From: Gemmatimonadaceae bacterium
Lineage (GTDB): Bacteria > Gemmatimonadota > Gemmatimonadetes > Gemmatimonadales > Gemmatimonadaceae
NCBI GenBank assembly: GCA_051859245.1
Contig: JBHYGA010000004.1
Span: 932,030 to 996,029 of the forward strand
Length of the DNA stretch: 64,000 nucleotides
Reading direction: 5' to 3'
Position 1 is the first letter of the stretch. Each line of letters starts with the position of its first letter. The notes below the pieces were generated by a model, which did not search any database, was not told the origin of the DNA, and saw only the letters and a list, made by a program, of their open reading frames with translations. Positions 58,407 to 64,000 of the stretch are shown in pieces. The position numbers and the translations under genes were made by a program.

Positions 58407-60899
58407 TTACTGATTCATGTTGGTGATGGACTTCTTTGGCTTCACGTGTTTGTCCATCCACGCGACCATTTCATACAGCGTGTGGCCAATGCTCTCGCGG
58501 GCTGAGTAGCCGTGAGACTCAGCAGGAAGCTGTACGTATCGCACGGTCGCGCCGTTCCCCTTGAGGGCCGCGTACATGCGCTCGCTCTGCACAGGAAACG
58601 TGCCTGTGTTGTTGTCGGCCATGCCGTGCACCAACAGAATCGGATCCTTGATCTGATTGGCGTAGGTGAACGGCGACATGGTGGTGTAGATCTCCTGCGC
58701 CTGCCAGTAGGTACGCTCTTCCGCCTGAAAACCAAACGGCGTCAGCGTGCGGTTGTATGCACCACTGCGCGCAATACCGGCGCGGAATAGTCGCGAATGC
58801 GCCAGCAGGTTGGCGGTCATGAACGCACCGTACGAATGGCCACCCACACCAATCCGGTCACGGTCGGCGACGCCGCGTGAGACAATCGCGTCAACGGCAG
58901 CTTCGGCGCTCGCAACCAGCTGCTCACGATACGTGTCGTTCGGTTCCGCCGTGCCTTCACCGATGATCGGCATCGCCGGACCGTCCAGTACTCCGTAACC
59001 TTGCGACAGCAAGAAGAGATGGCTTGAACCAGAGGGTCGCACAAAACGATTGGGTGAGCCCTGCACCTGCGCGGCTGCGGCAGCGGAGCGGAATTCCTGC
59101 GGATAAGCCCAGAGGAAGAACGGCAGCGCCCCGTCACGTTCCTTGTTGTAACCCGCTGGCAAATACAGCGTGGCGGAGAGTTGCACGCCGTCTTTGCGCT
59201 TGTAGGTAATCAACTCCGATGTCACGCCCGCGAACGCCGGTGCGGGATCGGCGAAGAAGGTCAGCTGCCGAGGCGCCATGCGCGCCCGCGTTTCGCGCAG
59301 CCAATAGTTCGGGACTTCGGTTTTGCTTTCGCGACGCGTGAGCAGCCGGTCACCATTGTCGTTCAGCAGCGCAACGGCACTTTCGTACACCGTATTCGAG
59401 GACTGAAACAGTCGCAGCGTTTTGCCTGTCGCGATGTCGTAGCGGTCCACAAACGGGCGATCACCTTCATCTGAGGCGCCATTGCCTTGCAAGAAGGCGT
59501 AGCGGCCATCGGGTGTGGTCTTCAGAACGGATTGTCCGCTGGCATTGGTGGTCGTCACGAAAGCACCTGGATCCTGATAACGATCTTCGGTACTGCGTTC
59601 CCAGAGCAGCCGCGGTGCGGCGGCGGGATTTGACGGATTCACCGCCCAATAGCGTTCCGTACGCGTGCGCTGCCAGCCTTCGCGAACAAACGCGAGGTCA
59701 GGGCGCGCCCAAATCACCGTGGTCGCGCGCCACCCGACCGACGCCAACGCTGTGGCCGAACCGGTGAACGGCGCCGGCAACATCATGACACGATCACGAA
59801 TGCCGTTCACCGCGATCGTATCTGTGCGCAACGCTTCGGACCACACCAGCGTCGCGTCGCTATCGGACCGCCAGCGAATGGCGCGTGGCCCTTCGGCCAC
59901 GACGTCACCGCCCCAGGGTACGCTCTCGCGCAGCGGGAGTGCATGCACGCGTTTCACTTCGCGGCCATTCATATCCCACACGGCCGTGACGGTGGGGAAA
60001 AAGTTGAGCGGCACCACGTAGGAGAACGGACGCGACATGGTGGTCACCAACAGGAACCGCGCGTCGGGACTTGGGCTGACACCGGCGTGAATTCCCGCCG
60101 CGCCGATTTCCGTGATCGTGCCATCAAGCGCGACGCGCGCCAACTGACTGGTGGCGTAGTGCTGAAACACCGCTTCGTCATACGGTGATTTGAGCAAATC
60201 CTGATAGGTGGCCACGCGATCCTCAGAGCCGCCACCCGTTTCCTGCACGATCGGACCGTCAGGCGTGGTTGGTGCCTGCGGCGCGTTACCTCGTCCCGCC
60301 GGAACAAAGCGACACACGAGCGCCGGCTCCGCACTGAGCCAGGTACACGGTGCGCCGAGTACGGCGTTGAGCGGACGCGTGCTCAGCTGGCGCGCGGTGG
60401 TGGCGGGATGCGCCACCACAAACGGATAGATGCCCGTCTCCGTGGTCACGGTAAAAAACGTGTGTTCGCCAGACGGTGACCAGCTCACATTGCTGATCGG
60501 CCCACCGGTCGTATCGGTGCCTGCGGGCCACGGTACACTGATGCGACGCGCTTCTCCGCCTGTGATTGGCATGATGGAGAGTGCGCGCATGCCCGAGCCG
60601 CGCGACGGTCCGTTGGATCGCGGATCAAAGCGCAAACCCGCGAGTTTGAACTCGGGCGCCGCAACTTCGGCAATCGACGGATAGCCCGCCCGCTCGGAGA
60701 GCAGCAATCGGGTGCGCGAAGGGCTCGGGCTTACCAGCGGCGTGAGCGGAGCGTCGAGCACGCTCGCGATGGCCGGTGGCGGCTGTTGGTACCCGCTCTG
60801 CGCGGCGGCCACAGTGCTCAGAGCAGCCACGGCGAGTGTTGCGCGCGTGGTGGACGAGAAAAGCGCTCGATGGGCGAGCGAGGGCAGCGACCGTAGCAT
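58407..60899 (-). CDS. Secreted S9 (prolyl oligopeptidase family) peptidase
   Basis: Start set at ATG 60899. Signal peptide, GGHSYGAF nucleophile elbow, HGMADNNTGT, ESHGY. Confidence 0.92.
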   Translation of the reverse strand: MLRSLPSLAHRALFSSTTRATLAVAALSTVAAAQSGYQQPPPAIASVLDAPLTPLVSPSPSRTRLLLSERAGYPSIAEVAAPEFKLAGLRFDPRSNGPSRGSGMRALSIMPITGGEARRISVPWPAGTDTTGGPISNVSWSPSGEHTFFTVTTETGIYPFVVAHPATTARQLSTRPLNAVLGAPCTWLSAEPALVCRFVPAGRGNAPQAPTTPDGPIVQETGGGSEDRVATYQDLLKSPYDEAVFQHYATSQLARVALDGTITEIGAAGIHAGVSPSPDARFLLVTTMSRPFSYVVPLNFFPTVTAVWDMNGREVKRVHALPLRESVPWGGDVVAEGPRAIRWRSDSDATLVWSEALRTDTIAVNGIRDRVMMLPAPFTGSATALASVGWRATTVIWARPDLAFVREGWQRTRTERYWAVNPSNPAAAPRLLWERSTEDRYQDPGAFVTTTNASGQSVLKTTPDGRYAFLQGNGASDEGDRPFVDRYDIATGKTLRLFQSSNTVYESAVALLNDNGDRLLTRRESKTEVPNYWLRETRARMAPRQLTFFADPAPAFAGVTSELITYKRKDGVQLSATLYLPAGYNKERDGALPFFLWAYPQEFRSAAAAAQVQGSPNRFVRPSGSSHLFLLSQGYGVLDGPAMPIIGEGTAEPNDTYREQLVASAEAAVDAIVSRGVADRDRIGVGGHSYGAFMTANLLAHSRLFRAGIARSGAYNRTLTPFGFQAEERTYWQAQEIYTTMSPFTYANQIKDPILLVHGMADNNTGTFPVQSERMYAALKGNGATVRYVQLPAESHGYSARESIGHTLYEMVAWMDKHVKPKKSITNMNQ

Positions 60900-60996
60900 G
60901 TGAGGGGCTCCAGAGGTGGGGGCAGCAGGTCTACCCATGAAGCCTACAGCATCTCGACGCCGACGTCACGCCCGTGAGAGTGATTATCTTCAAGGG

Positions 60997-62628
60997 ATGT
61001 CCCAAAGTCAGCCCGAAGCCACGATCTCCGAACACAGCCCGTACGCGGCGCTCCATCCCGAAATTGCGCGACGACGCACGTTCGCGATCATCTCGCACCC
61101 CGACGCCGGCAAGACCACACTTACCGAGAAGCTGCTGCTCTACGGTGGTGCGCTGCACATGGCCGGCACGGTCAAGGCACGTCGCGCGGAGCGGCACGCC
61201 ACGTCCGATTGGCTGGCCATGGAAAAGGAGCGTGGCATCTCGGTGACGACCTCCGTGATGCAGTTCGACTACCACGGTTTTCGCGTGAACCTGCTCGACA
61301 CCCCGGGTCACGAAGATTTCTCGGAAGACACGTACCGCACGCTGGTCGCCGCAGACTGCGCGATCATGCTGGTGGACAATCGCAAGGGCGTGGAAGAGCG
61401 CACCCGTCAGCTCTACGCGGTGTGTCGTCGTCGCCGCTTGCCGATCTTTGCGTTCGTGAACAAGTGTGACCGCGTAGGCCGCGATCCGCTCGAACTGCTC
61501 GGCCTGCTCGAAGAAGAGCTTGGGTTACCCGTGGCGGCCGCGATGTGGCCGGTCATGGAAAACGATACGCTGCAAGGCGTGGTGGACCGGCGACGGAAGA
61601 TCGTGCACTGGTTCCAACGCGGCGGTGACCATGGTGCGTCACGTGTGGCGGTGGAAACGAGTCCGCTGTCGCGTGAAGACATTGCCAAACACACCAGCCA
61701 GAGTGTGTCGGATCGCACATTCGACGAGCTCACGTTGCTCGAAGAAGCGGGCAATCAGCTGGACGACGCAAAGATCACCTCGGGCGAACTGATTCCGCTC
61801 TATTTCGGCAGCGCACTCACGAACTTTGGTATTGAGCCGTTTCTCGACGATTTCCTGCGACTCGCGCCCGTCCCCGCGCCGCGTTCTGTGAACAATGGCA
61901 TGGTGTATCCGGGCGACGATGCGTTCACCGGTTTCGTGTTCAAGATTCAGGCGAACATGGATCCGAAGCACCGCGATCGCATTGCGTTTGTGCGTGTGTG
62001 TTCAGGACACTTTGAAGCGGGTTTGCAGGTCACGCTTGGGCGCACGAATAAAATGCTGCGACTCAATCTACCGCAGTCATTTCTGGCGCAGGAACGCATT
62101 CACGTGGAAGACGCGTGGGCCGGTGATGTGATTGGTGTGCACGACCGCGGCAACTTGCGCATTGGTGATGCGCTGTTCACGGGCAAACCGGTCGTCTTTG
62201 ACGACATTCCGCGTTTTCCGCCCGAACATTTTTCGCGCATCAGCGTGAAGGATCCGCTGCGTCGCCCGCATCTCGACACGGGGCTGCGTCAGCTCGCCGA
62301 AGAAGGCGCGGTGCAGCTCTTTCGTGGTGATCCGCAGGCGAGCGTGCCCGACATTGTCGGCGCCGTTGGACAGCTGCAGTTCGATGTATTGCTGCATCGG
62401 CTGGAGCATGAATACGGAGTGCCCGCGAAGCTTGTGAGCCTTGGCATGTCGCACGCGCGGTGGATCAGTGGTACGCCCGCGGCGATTCAGAAGGCGACGT
62501 CGATGCGTGATCGCATGGTGCTGTACGATGCGAAGGGGCAGATCGTGCTGCTGTTTGCGAATCAGTTTGCGATGCGGTGGGCGGAGCGGGAGAGTGATGG
62601 GCTGGTGATGCGGGAGTTCCCGGACTGA
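60997..62628 (+). CDS. prfC: Peptide chain release factor 3
   Basis: RRRTFAIISHPDAGKTTLTEKLLL, ERGISV, DTPGH, NKCD, FKIQANMDPKHRDRIAF. Start set at ATG 60997. Confidence 0.96.
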   Translation: MSQSQPEATISEHSPYAALHPEIARRRTFAIISHPDAGKTTLTEKLLLYGGALHMAGTVKARRAERHATSDWLAMEKERGISVTTSVMQFDYHGFRVNLLDTPGHEDFSEDTYRTLVAADCAIMLVDNRKGVEERTRQLYAVCRRRRLPIFAFVNKCDRVGRDPLELLGLLEEELGLPVAAAMWPVMENDTLQGVVDRRRKIVHWFQRGGDHGASRVAVETSPLSREDIAKHTSQSVSDRTFDELTLLEEAGNQLDDAKITSGELIPLYFGSALTNFGIEPFLDDFLRLAPVPAPRSVNNGMVYPGDDAFTGFVFKIQANMDPKHRDRIAFVRVCSGHFEAGLQVTLGRTNKMLRLNLPQSFLAQERIHVEDAWAGDVIGVHDRGNLRIGDALFTGKPVVFDDIPRFPPEHFSRISVKDPLRRPHLDTGLRQLAEEGAVQLFRGDPQASVPDIVGAVGQLQFDVLLHRLEHEYGVPAKLVSLGMSHARWISGTPAAIQKATSMRDRMVLYDAKGQIVLLFANQFAMRWAERESDGLVMREFPD

Positions 62629-62642
62629 GGTGCGAGCGTCAT

Positions 62643-62808
62643 CTGATGCCGAGATTGGGAACTGCCTTGAACGCAGAGACGCAGAGGCGCGGAGACTGCA
62701 CGCTGCGACGGACGGCGTTGCTCGATGCGGACATCATCAAATTTTTGAAAGAGTATGACGTCGCGTGATGCAGCGAGCAATCTCTGCGTCTCTGCGTTAA
62801 TGCAGTTT
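62643..62808. repeat. REP/MITE-like palindromic element between convergent genes
   Basis: Perfect 17-bp IR AACGCAGAGACGCAGAG (62670-62686) / CTCTGCGTCTCTGCGTT (62782-62798), bounded by AACTGC and GCAGTT. Confidence 0.7.
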
Positions 62809-62861
62809 ACGACGCGAGCCCCGCGCCGCCGAGCGCCTCAACGAACGAGCGTCGCGCGTCT

Positions 62862-63884
62862 TCACTGCGCGACACGAATCGCCACTTTCCCGACGACATC
62901 GTTCCCGCCGAGCATCGCGTGCGCCTCTGCGATCTCGACTAAGGTATACGAGCGCTCGATCACCGGCTTCACCCGCCCGTCGGCGAGCAACGGCACAATC
63001 TCCTTCGAGAACGCCTGCGTAAATGCCACACGCTCCGTGATCTCGCGTGCGCGGAGCACGGTGCCGCGTATCGAGAGCCGGCGCGCGAGCACGCGACTGA
63101 GATCAACCGATGTTTCGCGTCCCGCGAGCAGTCCGATCAGAATGAGACGCCCACGCGGTGCGAGGGCGCGCACGCCTTCACCCACGTACGCGCCGCCCAC
63201 GAGATCAAGGATCACGTCAACACCACGACCCTTCGTGTGCTCCATGATCTGCGCGGCGAACTGCGGCAGTTTTGCGTCGCTGATGGCGGGAACCACTCCA
63301 GCCTCGAGCCCCCACGCGCGCGCAGCGTCAAGTTTGCGTTCGGAGCGCGCGGTGCCATACGGAATGCCGCCAAGTGCGCGCACGATTTGTACGGCGGCCA
63401 GACCAACGCCACTGCCAACGGCGTGAATCAGGACTGATTCCCCTTCGACGAAGCCTGCCTGCCGCAGCGCGTCGTGGGCTGTGATGCAGGCCTCAGGCAG
63501 CGCGCCGGCGTCGTCGTCCGAGAGTGAATCCGGAACGCGGGCGATGGTGTGCGCATGTGTGACGAGATACTCCGCGTGCGCGCCACCGGGCACGAGTCCG
63601 AACACCCGCTCGCCAACACGCCAGTTGGTCACGCCCGCACCGAGCGCGACGACTTCGCCCGCGAACTCGAGCCCCGGAATGTCGGGCGGCGCACCGGGCG
63701 GCGCCGGGTAGTGACCGGCGCGCTGCACCAGATCCGCCCGGTTCAGCGCTGAGCTGATCACGCGGACGAGTACGTGGTTGTCGGTGAGTGCGGGGAGTGG
63801 CCGCATCTCGACGGAGAGCACGTCTGGACCACCGGGTTTGGTGATCACCGCCGCGCGCATTGAGGAGGGCAGGGATAAGGACAT
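62862..63884 (-). CDS. NAD(P)H-quinone oxidoreductase (zeta-crystallin/PIG3-type MDR)
   Basis: LNRADLVQRAGHYP, PGLEFAGEV, HAVGSGVG, GVDVILDLVGG. Start placed at ATG 63884. Confidence 0.92.
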   Translation of the reverse strand: MSLSLPSSMRAAVITKPGGPDVLSVEMRPLPALTDNHVLVRVISSALNRADLVQRAGHYPAPPGAPPDIPGLEFAGEVVALGAGVTNWRVGERVFGLVPGGAHAEYLVTHAHTIARVPDSLSDDDAGALPEACITAHDALRQAGFVEGESVLIHAVGSGVGLAAVQIVRALGGIPYGTARSERKLDAARAWGLEAGVVPAISDAKLPQFAAQIMEHTKGRGVDVILDLVGGAYVGEGVRALAPRGRLILIGLLAGRETSVDLSRVLARRLSIRGTVLRAREITERVAFTQAFSKEIVPLLADGRVKPVIERSYTLVEIAEAHAMLGGNDVVGKVAIRVAQ

Positions 63885-63927
63885 GATGGAAGATCGCACG
63901 GACGCGGGAGTTTGGGGTGCGGCGACA

Positions 63928-63987
63928 TGCAGTCTGATTCGGTCATTCGGCCCGCTACTGGGCCGAATGACCGAATCAGGAACTGCA
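63928..63987. repeat. Perfect 20-bp hairpin element
   Basis: CTGATTCGGTCATTCGGCCC-gctact-GGGCCGAATGACCGAATCAG (63934-63979), flanked by TGCAGT/ACTGCA. Confidence 0.75.
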
Positions 63988-64000
63988 ACACCGGGCGTAC

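Noticed and set aside
1..64000. tRNA/rRNA genes, riboswitches, transposases, prophage genes, selenoprotein read-through
   Set aside because: None recognised by eye; intergenic gaps are mostly short. A covariance-model scan would be needed to exclude small RNAs.

Overview
GC-rich bacterial chromosomal window. Gene content suggests Gemmatimonadota, but this is inferred, not established. No rRNA, tRNA, CRISPR array or transposase was recognised. From left to right: (1) A tightly coupled minus-strand 8-gene MoxR/DUF58/vWA (BatA-type) operon at <1-13795. It includes a DUF4159-like protein, a TPR-gluzincin, a caspase/C13-fold protein with Ser at the catalytic Cys position, and a >1086-aa DUF4175-like protein with a Gln-Gly tail that the ORF track missed. 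(2) A variable stretch: two barrel-less CarboxypepD+TonB-plug-like paralogues, an S8 protease, icd, a Uma2 remnant, small hypotheticals, a Zn-ribbon protein and ggt. (3) A class II Fic/wHTH gene preceded by a regular six-half-site (TCTATACAT) AT-rich array. (4) A HEAT-cyclophilin, a LON-N protein, a beta-propeller, and an ECF sigma/anti-sigma/2xHEAT operon. (5) A TetR gene with a 20-bp palindromic operator, a fatty-acid desaturase, and a GbsR/MarR-regulated TolC-MFP-RND pump with its operator. (6) A ~15-kb co-directional minus-strand run: S9 peptidase, XdhC, MocA-like protein, MerA-like oxidoreductase lacking MerA cysteines, DedA/TVP38, ECF sigma with ZAS anti-sigma, TonB-dependent receptor, YnjBCD-like ABC importer and CDP-alcohol phosphatidyltransferase. 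(7) prfC and a quinone oxidoreductase. Several intergenic palindromes share a GCAGTT/AACTGC-type motif. The best candidates for undescribed biology are the TBDR-ynjBCD-CDP-phosphotransferase module, the Fic array, the protease-domain-rich MoxR operon and the palindromic repeat family. All family assignments come from motifs read by eye; no database searches were run.
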